From: a bacterium
Lineage (GTDB): Bacteria; Zixibacteria; MSB-5A5; GN15; FEB-12
DNA length: 64,000 nucleotides
Direction: 5' to 3'
Assembly (NCBI GenBank): GCA_043811375.1
Contig: JBDRNJ010000027.1
Span: forward strand, 15,539 to 79,538
In this document: in pieces, positions 1-10,001 of the stretch
Position numbering within the stretch: position 1 is the stretch's first letter
How the letters are laid out: every line of letters begins with the position of its first letter
Notes under the pieces: generated by a model
Databases searched by the model: none
Told to the model about the DNA's origin: nothing
What the model saw: the letters and a program-made list of their open reading frames with translations, nothing else
Made by a program: the position numbers and the translations under genes

Positions 1-2
1 TG

Positions 3-164
3 ATTACAGTAGGAGAGCTTGGAGGATTGCCTGTGGTGAAATTCAGATCTGGCATAATCCGCCTGGACTTGAATCCATTGGCCATTTCTTATGGTGATGG
101 AGCAGAGTGCCTGATCAACGGGAACGAATATGTACACCATATGGGCAGTTGGCTTGAAAAGTGA
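3..164 (+). CDS. 3' end of a hypothetical protein entering from outside the window
   Basis: Frame 3 open from the window edge to TGA 162-164 (ITVGELGG...GSWLEK). Confidence 0.4.
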   Translation: MTVGELGGLPVVKFRSGIIRLDLNPLAISYGDGAECLINGNEYVHHMGSWLEK

Positions 165-470
165 GGTCTCAGTGCGCAGATACCATCTTTCATGTCAAGG
201 TTTTGATATCCGGATTAGAGCGTTTTTGTGTGATTAGAATGGCTCTGGCTATTAAAAGCAGTTTCTTCATAGCTGCGACAACTTAGCATGGGCTTCTTGT
301 CAGTGACTCCATGATTCTGCATCTGCCGAATTTCTCACGACATCGTGTGAATGAAAAAAGCAGCTTGACAAGGGCTATTTGGGAACTAGCTTAAATTGTG
401 CTGGAATAACCTAGGGCAGACCACAAGTGACGGTCTTGGACCGTGGTTTTGTGCCGCGATGGAGACAGAA

Positions 471-1379
471 ATGGATTGGGTAGTAGTCTGCCGCGAATGC
501 GGTAAAGGGACCAATGTTTCCGACTTACATTCAGAAGTGACAGCTTGCGAGCATTGTGGGTCCAAAAACATAAAGAAAATGATGCCGGGGCAAATACGGC
601 AAGAAAGCTTCGTCTGCTCGGAGTGCGGAGTCGAATCCGCTGGCATCGAGATGACTGGTGATCTGTATCGACACGAGGGGATCTTCCTCTACGCCAATGA
701 CCTTTCTGGTCTCACGTGCACTCTGTGTTCACGACCGCTGTGCGCGCGGTGCACCTCGGACATTCCGCTCAGTACCTTCGAAGAATCAAGGCGACAGGAG
801 AAACTCGAGCATAGCAAGATGTCGAAATGGGACAGGCCGCTATTTCTACCTGATCCGAAAATCCTTCATTTCAAATACCGACATCAGTGCAATCGATGTG
901 GCCCTGACCTAGAAGGCGGAAACATAGGTTCTGTCTTTCTGAAGGAAGACACTAATCCTCGACGAGTCATCGGTCGACCGTCCTCTACTTGGGAGATTGT
1001 CACTGATGTAATGTATGGTTTTGGTAGGGGGTTGATAGCCGGGATGCTTGGGGTGGTCGTATTCGTTGGGATACCCTCCCTCCTAAGACTTGTCACGAGC
1101 CGATCGCGTTACGCAGCTGGGCAGGAACTCCACGACCTAGCAAACAGCTATGTTGACGTAGTCTTGCCGCAGTGGCACATTGTTTTTGCAGTTTTTTTCG
1201 TTATTGGCCTCCTTACTGGTATTCCATACTTCATAAATAGGATCAGAAAAGGAATCCATAGCTGCTGGAGCTGCGGATGTTTAGAATGCCAAAAACTGGT
1301 TCCGACCGGAACACTTGCATCGCTCTTGGACAAAGAGGTCGAACTACCAGGATCTAAGAGTAGTGCAAATATCTGTTAA
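471..1379 (+). CDS. Multi zinc-ribbon membrane protein
   Basis: Many CxxC pairs (CREC, CEHC, CSEC, CTLC, CARC, CNRC, CWSC), two TM helices; GGAG before ATG 471. Confidence 0.7.
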   Translation: MDWVVVCRECGKGTNVSDLHSEVTACEHCGSKNIKKMMPGQIRQESFVCSECGVESAGIEMTGDLYRHEGIFLYANDLSGLTCTLCSRPLCARCTSDIPLSTFEESRRQEKLEHSKMSKWDRPLFLPDPKILHFKYRHQCNRCGPDLEGGNIGSVFLKEDTNPRRVIGRPSSTWEIVTDVMYGFGRGLIAGMLGVVVFVGIPSLLRLVTSRSRYAAGQELHDLANSYVDVVLPQWHIVFAVFFVIGLLTGIPYFINRIRKGIHSCWSCGCLECQKLVPTGTLASLLDKEVELPGSKSSANIC

Positions 1380-1444
1380 CAGTGTAGCCCGAGTATGATA
1401 TTTTACCGGTATCAGCCATCGGGACAGGGAAAGTAGAGGCCAAT

Positions 1445-2275
1445 ATGAGTTACAGACTTATCCTCCCAAACGTCATAATGATTCTCTTCATCCTCGTTTC
1501 AGTATCGAGTACACAAGATTTGTCCGCGCAAGGCGACCTGCATAGTGCTGCTGATGCAGGTGACCTTAAACAGGTTGAGAAGCTCATTATTGGAGGTGCC
1601 AACGTAAATGCAAGAGACACACTTGGTTGGACACCGCTTCAATCAGCCATATGGAGTGGGAACTTTGACATAGCTGAGTATTTGGTGGGTAAAGGTGCCG
1701 ATGTAAATGCCAGGAACAAGGAGGGAGTGACCGTACTAATGGTTGCTACATTCACACGTCCACTTAGATATATCTATAAACATTTTTCGAGCGTGGCTAC
1801 GCAGGATAATGCTCCTTATGAAGGCCAGTTTGAGATTGTGAAGTTCTTAGTTCAGAAGGGCGCAGACGTTAATGCGGAGAGCAAACAAGGAAAGACAGCG
1901 TTGTTTTATGGTGTAGACAAAGGGTTTTACGAAATAGTGGAGTATTTGGTTGGCAAGGGTGCTAAAGTAGACTCCAGAGATACAATTCCACAGGCCCCTT
2001 TACACTTGGCAGCATTCAATGGGGATGTTCGGATGGTGAAACTGTTGTTGACTAACGGGGCGAGGGTAGACCCCATATCTCTTGTTGAGGGGGGGGCCGA
2101 GGGGGCAACCCCGTTGATGTTTGCCGTATCATCTGGTTATGAGGAAGCTGTAAAAGTACTTATCTCTAACGGTGCTAATGTTAACGCTAAACTTGCTAAT
2201 GGTAAAAGCGTTTTAACTCTTGCCAAAAATCCAGACATGATTGATATCCTCAAACATGCCGGGGCAACTGAGTAA
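1445..2275 (+). CDS. Secreted ankyrin-repeat protein
   Basis: Signal peptide and repeated GxTPL/GADVNA ankyrin motifs. Confidence 0.95.
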   Translation: MSYRLILPNVIMILFILVSVSSTQDLSAQGDLHSAADAGDLKQVEKLIIGGANVNARDTLGWTPLQSAIWSGNFDIAEYLVGKGADVNARNKEGVTVLMVATFTRPLRYIYKHFSSVATQDNAPYEGQFEIVKFLVQKGADVNAESKQGKTALFYGVDKGFYEIVEYLVGKGAKVDSRDTIPQAPLHLAAFNGDVRMVKLLLTNGARVDPISLVEGGAEGATPLMFAVSSGYEEAVKVLISNGANVNAKLANGKSVLTLAKNPDMIDILKHAGATE

Positions 2276-2919
2276 TGAGTGAATGTAACAATAAAGACAA
2301 CGGGTGTCAATTCGTCATCGGTGATAGCACCGTGCCATGCAGCCTCCTGACGACCACGTCCATTGTCGAAGGTGGGATATTTCTTCGCGCGACGCCACCT
2401 CCTGAGAAAACCCTTTTGAGAAAGGTGATAGACCTCATACGGCCAGCGTCATCCCTTTCACCAAAGACACAAAAGACTCAGAAAGTCAGATAAAAAGTCG
2501 CAAGAAGTAGAAGAAAATCATGCTCACAGATTGAGAAGACGAGAGCTCACGCTGCCTTTGTCTAACCTCCTAAAACCTACAATCTCTTGTGATCCTACGT
2601 ACTCTTGCAGGTTTTTCGGTCTCGCAGTTTGTGCAAACTCCTTTGAGTCTCTGAATCTGAAGTCTGTTTCAGATTCCGTCAACAGATGATGTGTGTACTT
2701 AATGAGTATGATATGTACTGAATGAGAAATGATGAAACCCCATTTTGGCAACAGTCTCAAAAATAATTCTCCACGGGAATCACCATTCCTGCTTGCACCG
2801 TTCACACTTACCGATTTCGTTCTGCTTTTCTTCTCGTGCACTGATTCAGCAAGTTCTTCAGGATATCAAGCCACCCGGGCTCAGAAGCCTCAGCAGTTTT
2901 GGATCGTTCCATATGATTA

Positions 2920-3684
2920 CTACCTTGTCCGACCAGTGTGGGAATGTGCAACATCGGACAAGCCCAGCATTACTTTTTGTGTCAGGAGTTTCTTGGCAAA
3001 CCGGGCATCCCCTCCAGACTGTTCAGCTATCTCCTGAAGCTGTTTGGCGGTCGGCTTGGTCTTGTGATCAGATTTCTCCAGATCATGCTTTAAGAGCTGG
3101 ATGATTTCTTTCGTCGTATAAGGATTGAAGTTGACGAAGATCGGACTCAGGCGGGACCAGACTCTCGGCTCGATCCCGAGTTTCTGTGGTGTCTCATTGG
3201 AGATGGCTACAATCCAGAAGTTCCCCATCTCATGGAACTGGTACAACACTGCGTTGCGTTCTTTTGTGTCCAATCGGTCAATCCCGTCAATGATATAGAT
3301 GCACTGCTTCTTGTCCATGTGCTTCTTTATGCGTTCGATCTTAAACCGCGTATCCTGAAGCTCTGCCCTAAGAATGGAAAACTGGTCAACAATGTCGTTT
3401 ACGAGGGCATATAGGGAGTTTGAGTTCCAACAGTTGCTGCATGCGACAGAGGCCTGTCTGGTCTCAGCAAGCTCTGACGCGGCATACTGGGCGCAATGGG
3501 TTTTGCCGGCTCCCTGGGATCCCCAGATCCAGGTATGCAATGGTGTAGGATGTTTGCCTACATGTGAAAGTATCCGTTGGAGTGCAGTAAGCTCCCTCTG
3601 GCGTCCGACTGGTCGCTGGGGTTTTGGAATAGGCTTTTGCCATGAGGGTTCTCTAAGCTGCTCTTCAAGCTGTCTGTAGGCCAT
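2920..3684 (-). CDS. Orc1/Cdc6-like AAA+ ATPase without a C-terminal winged helix
   Basis: Walker A GSQGAGKT, SNCW, Walker B IIDGID, VAISN sensor 1, SRL arginine finger, FNPYT, GDAR sensor 2. Confidence 0.85.
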   Translation of the reverse strand: MAYRQLEEQLREPSWQKPIPKPQRPVGRQRELTALQRILSHVGKHPTPLHTWIWGSQGAGKTHCAQYAASELAETRQASVACSNCWNSNSLYALVNDIVDQFSILRAELQDTRFKIERIKKHMDKKQCIYIIDGIDRLDTKERNAVLYQFHEMGNFWIVAISNETPQKLGIEPRVWSRLSPIFVNFNPYTTKEIIQLLKHDLEKSDHKTKPTAKQLQEIAEQSGGDARFAKKLLTQKVMLGLSDVAHSHTGRTR

Positions 3685-3748
3685 ATGGATGATTATCGAA
3701 CTAAGCTTTATAAGCCTCTCGCGCGCATGGGAGTGCTGTATTGCGGTT

Positions 3749-5794
3749 TTATTGCTGGGCTAACCGGCTGGCGGATGTTAAGATGATTTTGCCGCGTTCC
3801 TTGTCTGGCAGTTGGAGAATTGCTCTGGCTATCCTTGCCTCCGCCGCCTTGGTCGTGGCCGCGATTATTCCGAGGTCGAACGGTGACATCTGCAGTTTTT
3901 TGACGGTCCTGTCAACATCACCTTTTCCGGTCTCAATTTCGACGACCCTTTTTGTCGATCCCTTCTGAATCACGATATCATATTGGTTGCCCGCATGCCG
4001 TACTTCCGTTGCCACGGTCCATCCCTGTTCCCGAAGCCGTGCTGCAATCCGGGCCTTCCAGTATTCGTGGTCAAGACCGCCTTCCAGTGGCGATTGGGGA
4101 GCTTGTTGCCTTCCCAGAACCGGATATCCAGCGGGAGTAAGTTGCAGTAGGGCCACCCTACCCTTTGACGTTGAGACTTCAGTCTGGGTGATAAGTCCTG
4201 CTTGTCGCAGGATTTCCTTGGTCTTGTCTCCCATATAGGCAGATAGACTCAGCTGTCGATATCGTTCAACGACGCTTAAGTTCGGATAGTCAGCTATACT
4301 TTCTAAAAAGCTCATCTGTGTCTCAGTCAGTTGAGTCGGCGGTGAGGATTCAGGGTCATTCTGTGAAGATTCGGCCCCTTCTACTTGCCTCTGGCGAAGA
4401 ACCCGAATAGCTTCTTTCAGCATTTGCTGGCCATTATCAAACACTGTGGCAACCGAATAACTCCACATGAGGCCGCTGAGTGCTTTATCACTGATTCTGA
4501 CGGCATTTCGTGATGATTCCGGCACCTGCGCAAGGAAAGCCTGGGGAACCCCGCTCAGCTTTACTATAGCTTCACCGGGATGCAATAACTTGAGGTATTC
4601 ACGGTCCTCCCCGTGAAGCCCAATGCTGTCGCAGATTGATCTGATATCTGCCTCGTTGTGCATGTTGAAGACGAAATGGGTGTTAAGATTCGCCAGGGCA
4701 CTGTTGGTCAGGCTGGAGGGCTGTTGATCGATGATGACAAAGCCCTCGCCTAGTTCTCTCACCTGTCTAAGTATGCCATCCATAAGAGATTCCCTGTCTT
4801 CCAGGGCTTGCTTCTGCCGTGTCAGGATGTTATGAGCTTCCTCGATGAGGAAGACATGTTCCAGTGGCTTTCGGTGACCTTGGTTCAGCCTGGCGAAGTA
4901 GGTCCAGAGGCAGAGAGCTTCGGTGAAGAACGTTTTCTCGCTGTCGGTCAGACTTTCCAAACCATACACGACCGGGACGTTTAACAATGGTCCGATTGAG
5001 AATGGAGTATTGAAGACTCGGCTGATACCACCGAACGAAAGCGCACCCAGAGCTCTTTTGGCGCTGTCAATCCACATAGCTTCACGGCCGTAGGCTTTCT
5101 TTTTTTCTATATGTGTGAGCGCCTCCTGGAAAGTAGGATACGCACACTGCGAATCCTCTCCTGCGTCGCCTGCGAGGTCGAAAAACGTCTGCTGCAGAAT
5201 CCGCTCCACCCCATGTCCGAGAAACAAAGCGTGTTTCATGGCTTCGATGAGAAGCTTCAGCCAGTCCTCCCAATCCGTGTTTGGAGGTGGCAGCAGCGGG
5301 TTCCAGTAAAACGGTGATACTTGACTCCCGACAGTGAAATACAGCACAAGCGGGTCTGTTCGAGTCTTCAAGAGCGACCGGAAATTCTGCTTCCAGTCAA
5401 AAAGTGTGAACGGAATCCTGTTTTCAAGCAACTGGTCGACCAGGATGTGGACCAGATTGGTCTTGCCCGAGCCGGTCGTGCCCCAAATGCCCATATGCCT
5501 GGTCAGTTGCTTCTGCGTGATCTGAACCGACCCATAGGGAGAATCGCGATACTTGATTGTTCCCAGTGTGAGTTCTCCGGTAGGTGTCTCAGAAGGAGGC
5601 CGCAGAATAACATCAGGTTCGGCCAAATCCGGTCGGCAGTACCTCTGATAAAGCAGGTCGATTACACCGCCGGCCTGGAGACGGTCTTTGACAGAGCTTC
5701 CCTGGTGGAATGCAGCCATTAGGCCATTGACCTGGCTGCCCAAAAGCGGTTCCAGTTTATCGAGTTTCTTGAGGTATACCTTTTCATCGGTCAT
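3749..5794 (-). CDS. HerA/FtsK/VirB4-like (DUF87-type) ATPase fused to winged helix and PD-(D/E)XK nuclease-like domain
   Basis: HMGIWGTTGSGKT, FDWK, LIEEAH, IDQQPS; C-terminal wHTH then H..W...E...D...EIET. Start placed at MTDEK. Confidence 0.85.
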   Translation of the reverse strand: MTDEKVYLKKLDKLEPLLGSQVNGLMAAFHQGSSVKDRLQAGGVIDLLYQRYCRPDLAEPDVILRPPSETPTGELTLGTIKYRDSPYGSVQITQKQLTRHMGIWGTTGSGKTNLVHILVDQLLENRIPFTLFDWKQNFRSLLKTRTDPLVLYFTVGSQVSPFYWNPLLPPPNTDWEDWLKLLIEAMKHALFLGHGVERILQQTFFDLAGDAGEDSQCAYPTFQEALTHIEKKKAYGREAMWIDSAKRALGALSFGGISRVFNTPFSIGPLLNVPVVYGLESLTDSEKTFFTEALCLWTYFARLNQGHRKPLEHVFLIEEAHNILTRQKQALEDRESLMDGILRQVRELGEGFVIIDQQPSSLTNSALANLNTHFVFNMHNEADIRSICDSIGLHGEDREYLKLLHPGEAIVKLSGVPQAFLAQVPESSRNAVRISDKALSGLMWSYSVATVFDNGQQMLKEAIRVLRQRQVEGAESSQNDPESSPPTQLTETQMSFLESIADYPNLSVVERYRQLSLSAYMGDKTKEILRQAGLITQTEVSTSKGRVALLQLTPAGYPVLGRQQAPQSPLEGGLDHEYWKARIAARLREQGWTVATEVRHAGNQYDIVIQKGSTKRVVEIETGKGDVDRTVKKLQMSPFDLGIIAATTKAAEARIARAILQLPDKERGKIILTSASRLAQQ

Positions 5795-5885
5795 AGACAA
5801 TTCCTGCTGCGCTGAACTGGTTACACAGACATACATCCGTAAGTGAGTGTGGCTGACGTGATATGCCTGATCGTAACTAACAATC

Positions 5886-6314
5886 TCACTTGAGACTTCT
5901 GCTGTTCTTTTTGGAGGAATTATTCTTTGCCTGCTGTTCCGCTCCCCTGACGGCTTCGAAAAGATCTCTGATGTCCCTGATGTCCCTCCTCAGGGTTTGA
6001 ACATCCCTCCAGAAGTTGACTTTTTGTTCTCTGGTTTCTTTGCGAATACGGCACAGCCGCTCTTCCAACTCTAAGCGGCGCTTCTCGATGATTGGATCCA
6101 CTCCAAGGGTCCATTTTGTCAGGTCATCTAGTGTGATTATGGTAGCCCGACCTTCCTCGCGTAGCGAGTCGACGCATTCTTTTTCGATACGATGCCGTTC
6201 CTTTACCTCTTTCAAGAGTTCGTCCATCTTGGTTCTTATTCTGGCTGCCACCAGGTTCTTGATTTCAGGTTCTGGGCTCCTTTGATTGGAGTTTTTTCGG
6301 GGCATAGGAATCAC
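5886..6314 (-). CDS. Coiled-coil hypothetical protein upstream of the ATPase
   Basis: Charged helical protein with FWRD motif, co-oriented with the ATPase, diverged partial homolog at 7289-7429. Confidence 0.75.
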   Translation of the reverse strand: MIPMPRKNSNQRSPEPEIKNLVAARIRTKMDELLKEVKERHRIEKECVDSLREEGRATIITLDDLTKWTLGVDPIIEKRRLELEERLCRIRKETREQKVNFWRDVQTLRRDIRDIRDLFEAVRGAEQQAKNNSSKKNSRSLK

Positions 6315-6762
6315 TGAGGTTGTTGGGGTGAATTGGTGGCAGAGTTTATATTGACTGCGGGCGAGAGCAATGTCAAAGTACGTGATTAAAGATTTGTCAG
6401 CAACATGGCGTCTGAGAATTGACGGGATTCAAGGCTTGCCAAGATGTTTTTCTCGGACGTGAGTCCGCCGGTAGTAGACACAGCTCTCCATCTGCTAATA
6501 CTCCTCACATTTTCGTGGGACTAAGCTTGACGGCTTAGGATGTTATTGTATTATTGTATCTGCTCCCTTTCTGGCTCGTCCTTTGGTTCATCTCTTGGCT
6601 CATTCTATCTTGCGATTATGAATTATGTCTCTAAGCTGGTCACGCGGGCATTTGTTTGAAAAGTGCTGATATCAAGTGGCAGGCCTAATAGGTTGAGTTT
6701 ATAAATACTAGTTTCACCAATTATAATACAGCTATGATTATTATAGCGGGTTGTTCGATAGT

Positions 6763-7173
6763 ATGATTCGGTGTTTTGAGTTTAGAATCAAAGACAAGGA
6801 AAGAATTCACGACGTCGGCCTTAGATTGAACATCATGCAAACACTTCCAGATGATCTAGAAGGAAGAGCTGACAATGTGGGAGATGTTGTAGTTGTAAGA
6901 TTGAAAGGGGAAGAAAAAAGAGTCAAGGAATTCTATAATCAGCTTAGGAGCGAACTTCCCAATAATCCTCTTGTTCTCACTCAACTTAGTACAATACCAA
7001 ATATAATAATAAAGACTGAGAGATCCTACAACAGGCTTCAATGTGAACAGATGGGCAAGTTTGTTGATATTGGTATTGAGATGAGAGATGCAATGAATGA
7101 AGGCTTCAAGGATGTTAAAAACACACTTAAAGATTTGCCAAAAGATCTAGCCAAAGCAATTAAAGAATCTTGA
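6763..7173 (+). CDS. Acylphosphatase-like protein with C-terminal helical extension
   Basis: RIHDVGLR resembles the VQGVGFR loop, ADN and V.VRLKGEE follow; tail EQMGKFVDIGIEM; AT-rich. Confidence 0.7.
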   Translation: MIRCFEFRIKDKERIHDVGLRLNIMQTLPDDLEGRADNVGDVVVVRLKGEEKRVKEFYNQLRSELPNNPLVLTQLSTIPNIIIKTERSYNRLQCEQMGKFVDIGIEMRDAMNEGFKDVKNTLKDLPKDLAKAIKES

Positions 7174-7207
7174 TTCCGGTTGCAACTTATTAAACAGATG
7201 TTACTTC

Positions 7208-7429
7208 TTAGACAAATCTGGTTATGGGAATTTTATTCAGGTCTTGCGACAGTCTTGGAGCATGCTTTTCATCATGCAGAAATTTCAGGCATCCTTTTTC
7301 GATACGGTGCCGTTCCCTTACCTCTTTCAAGAGCTCATCCATCTTGGTTCTTGTTCTGGCCGCGACCAAGTTCTTGATCTCGGGTCCGCGACTAGTCTGG
7401 TGGGAGTTCTGTCGAGGCATTGACATCAC
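7208..7429 (-). pseudogene. Truncated homolog of the 5886-6314 coiled-coil gene
   Basis: First 47 codons align ungapped with 6174-6314, then similarity stops abruptly. Confidence 0.8.
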
Positions 7430-7672
7430 ATAACTGGATTTGTATGAATTGTATCAGGGATTGAAATTGGTTGCGCGCGATGAGGTGGCCAGAAAAGCTT
7501 TCCTGCTGGTGTACTCAAAGCGGACTTTCCACAGCCCTTTAACGATCGACAGAAAGGGATTGCGCTTCTGACAGTACTTCAATATGATATTGCGAGAGGT
7601 GGTTGAGTATTCGTAATGATGTGTGCGATGGCGTAACAGAATGGTTTTCTTCTCGGTTCCTGCCAGCAGGTA

Positions 7673-7719
7673 TCCGCCTTGGAAGCAAAGGATCGTAGGT
7701 TCGAGTCCTGTTTGGGGTA
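7673..7719 (+). other. Degenerate tRNA 3'-half (Pro-TGG-like), possible old att scar
   Basis: tccgc-CTTGGAA-gcaaa-ggatc-GTAGG-TTCGAGT-CCTGT-ttggggt-a has canonical tRNA spacing; 5' half not recognisable. Confidence 0.45.
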
Positions 7720-7825
7720 GAGTATACGAGATCATATCGGTGTTGAGTTCACCGAGCAAGTCAGATTGACAAACCTTTGGTAGTGTACCGGTGTCAAACA
7801 GGTGAAGTAAGGAGGACCGCGGATA

Positions 7826-8428
7826 ATGGACAAGTGGTATCTGAGAATTTCCATGGTGCGGGGTCTTGCGATCAAAAAGGTCTTTCGGGATTTGAAGAGG
7901 GAACTGATCCGGAGATTTCCAGTCGATAAGATCAGTACATGGGATAAGGAAATCGGAGAATTCGGTGGTCCTCACGAGACGAGTTCGGACGAATTAGACA
8001 GTAAACACCGTGAACTCTCCTCCAATTATAAGGGCCGCTACTGCTACGAATCTGAGTACCATAGAAAACTACACACAGTAAAAAAGCGCTGCCGCGAGGT
8101 AAGCGAGGCAAAGACTACAGCAATGATCTTGCAGAAGTTGGCGACTCGCAGTGATGAATTCTCAGCTGAAGTGGGGAGCCCCGTCGAGCAGATTGAGTAT
8201 ACCTCTTCTTACGCGTATTTTGGTCGTTACGATTGCCGAATCACAGTATTTTCTGGACCTCATATTGATAAAGGATTTGAGCTCTTGGAGTGGTTAAATC
8301 AATTAGGACTTCCATACGACACGTACAAAAAGGCTCTGCAAATGGCAGCAAGTATTGTAGGACAGGGGGGGGATACATTGGAATGTATTGAGGAACGAAT
8401 CGAAGGGTCTTTTATGTCTCATGGATAA
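7826..8428 (+). CDS. Hypothetical protein
   Basis: 200-aa ORF with AAGGAGG RBS. Confidence 0.65.
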   Translation: MDKWYLRISMVRGLAIKKVFRDLKRELIRRFPVDKISTWDKEIGEFGGPHETSSDELDSKHRELSSNYKGRYCYESEYHRKLHTVKKRCREVSEAKTTAMILQKLATRSDEFSAEVGSPVEQIEYTSSYAYFGRYDCRITVFSGPHIDKGFELLEWLNQLGLPYDTYKKALQMAASIVGQGGDTLECIEERIEGSFMSHG

Positions 8429-8695
8429 AACAGAATGTATCAGTGTAAGCGATAGGTCGCCGATACTACGGATACGTGGCTAAGAGTTTTGGCAACAATC
8501 CTGTAGTTCACCCAACGGGTGGGTTCCTCTTCGAGCGAACTCGATACTCAGGATTCGCGAATCGTTCAGCTCGGGGTAATCGGTCAGAAACATGCAGACA
8601 ATGGAAAGTGTTGTCTATGTATGTCATCGAAAGAGCAAGGATTTGACCTATCGAACTGAATTCTCTTTTGTGAACCTCTTCTGGAGATAGATTAA

Positions 8696-8836
8696 ATGGC
8701 TTTTACACAAACCTGGGTGGCTCTCCAAGGCCACCTCAAAGTAGGTACTATCATTCCCAATTGGACCAAAGACCACGGATATCTTGGCGATTCATTCTCG
8801 ATTATATCGGTTAGGGTCCAGAATCAACGGAGTTGA
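8696..8836 (+). pseudogene. Short, probably truncated gene (MAFTQTWVALQ...NWTKDHGYLGD)
   Basis: GGAG RBS, protein-like 46 aa ending next to the convergent membrane gene. Confidence 0.4.
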
Positions 8837-8860
8837 TTGCTTGCTCGCGTGCGGCGCAAT

Positions 8861-9892
8861 CTATACTTCATCATTCTGTTCCTCATCTATGATGTCGTGC
8901 AGTTCCAGCCAGCATATGGTGCGGTAAAACCAGGTCTTGGTCAAACGAATCCCAACAGAGTCTGGCTTGAGTCGAAGGAATCTGATGAGAGCTATGACAT
9001 ATGGCGCACTGTACGCGATAACACCGACTATTATAACCTCAGATTCAAATGGAAGTGTCAGAACGTGTTTACCGACATCCGCTGGTCCTCCCCGAATGAA
9101 TTTCGCTGAGAACACTATGAATACAGCAATTGATCCCACAATTGAGACGTTGGCACTGTTGAGAAAACAGGTAGCGGCAGCCAGCAGTTTTCTCCTATCA
9201 ACCTTGGAATCACGTAGCTGGCGTGCAAAGAAGTCGGATAGGTGAAACATCAGCACAAGAGGGATGTAGCCGACGCAGAGTAGGAACACATTGACGGCAC
9301 CTTCCACAAGCTGTAACGTTCGTATTGATGCGATGCTCGAATTGCAGAAGAACGTTCCGACTATTGGCAATAGCGGTTCAGCCCGACAACTTTCTAGATA
9401 CGTGATTATGGCAATGGATATTGCAGCCGCGTAAACGACCCAGTATTCTGATTTCCATACAAGGCTGGAAGCCAGCCTCGGCTCGCAGGACTGAGGGATT
9501 CGCCTGACTGACCTGTGCATCAGCCCCACGAGTACCATAGCAGCCAATAGTATCCATAGAGTACCGTCATCCAGCCGACTGGAAACCCCCCGTCCGATGA
9601 GTCTGATACCGGTGAAATCCCTGTAATCCTCTTGCACTACAAGGCCCACGGCGTCGGCACTGATCGAGTCCCTGTTATGTTTGTCGAGTACTTGGAGTCG
9701 AACCGAAGGCCTGATGCTCCGCTTGTCAGTATCTTCGGGCATGCTTTGGCCTTCCGGTATTCCTACAATTACGACCTCGTTTGCAGCCAATAGGCAAGTC
9801 TGGGCGATCTTCAAGACAAAATGGAAGGCGACCGCCACTAGGAGGATATTGAGAACCAGTCTTGTCGTACGTTCGGCAGTATGTCTACTCAT
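8861..9892 (-). CDS. Multi-pass membrane hypothetical protein
   Basis: 343 aa with about six hydrophobic helices. Confidence 0.7.
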   Translation of the reverse strand: MSRHTAERTTRLVLNILLVAVAFHFVLKIAQTCLLAANEVVIVGIPEGQSMPEDTDKRSIRPSVRLQVLDKHNRDSISADAVGLVVQEDYRDFTGIRLIGRGVSSRLDDGTLWILLAAMVLVGLMHRSVRRIPQSCEPRLASSLVWKSEYWVVYAAAISIAIITYLESCRAEPLLPIVGTFFCNSSIASIRTLQLVEGAVNVFLLCVGYIPLVLMFHLSDFFARQLRDSKVDRRKLLAAATCFLNSANVSIVGSIAVFIVFSAKFIRGGPADVGKHVLTLPFESEVIIVGVIAYSAPYVIALIRFLRLKPDSVGIRLTKTWFYRTICWLELHDIIDEEQNDEV

Positions 9893-10001
9893 GAGTGCCC
9901 ACAGTGGATTGGCGTGACACCGAACTTACAGTCTTTAAGGCAGAGATTCAAGAGTTCGCCCAAACAGATGCAGTCAATGATCGTACATCTGGCAAGAGTT
10001 G

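Noticed and set aside
2275..2900. Short ORFs as the missing Cdc6 winged helix or as real genes
   Set aside because: No wHTH-like pattern or convincing RBS in any frame I read.
7454..7975. 173-aa minus-strand ORF
   Set aside because: Overlaps an RBS-supported plus-strand gene; no motifs.
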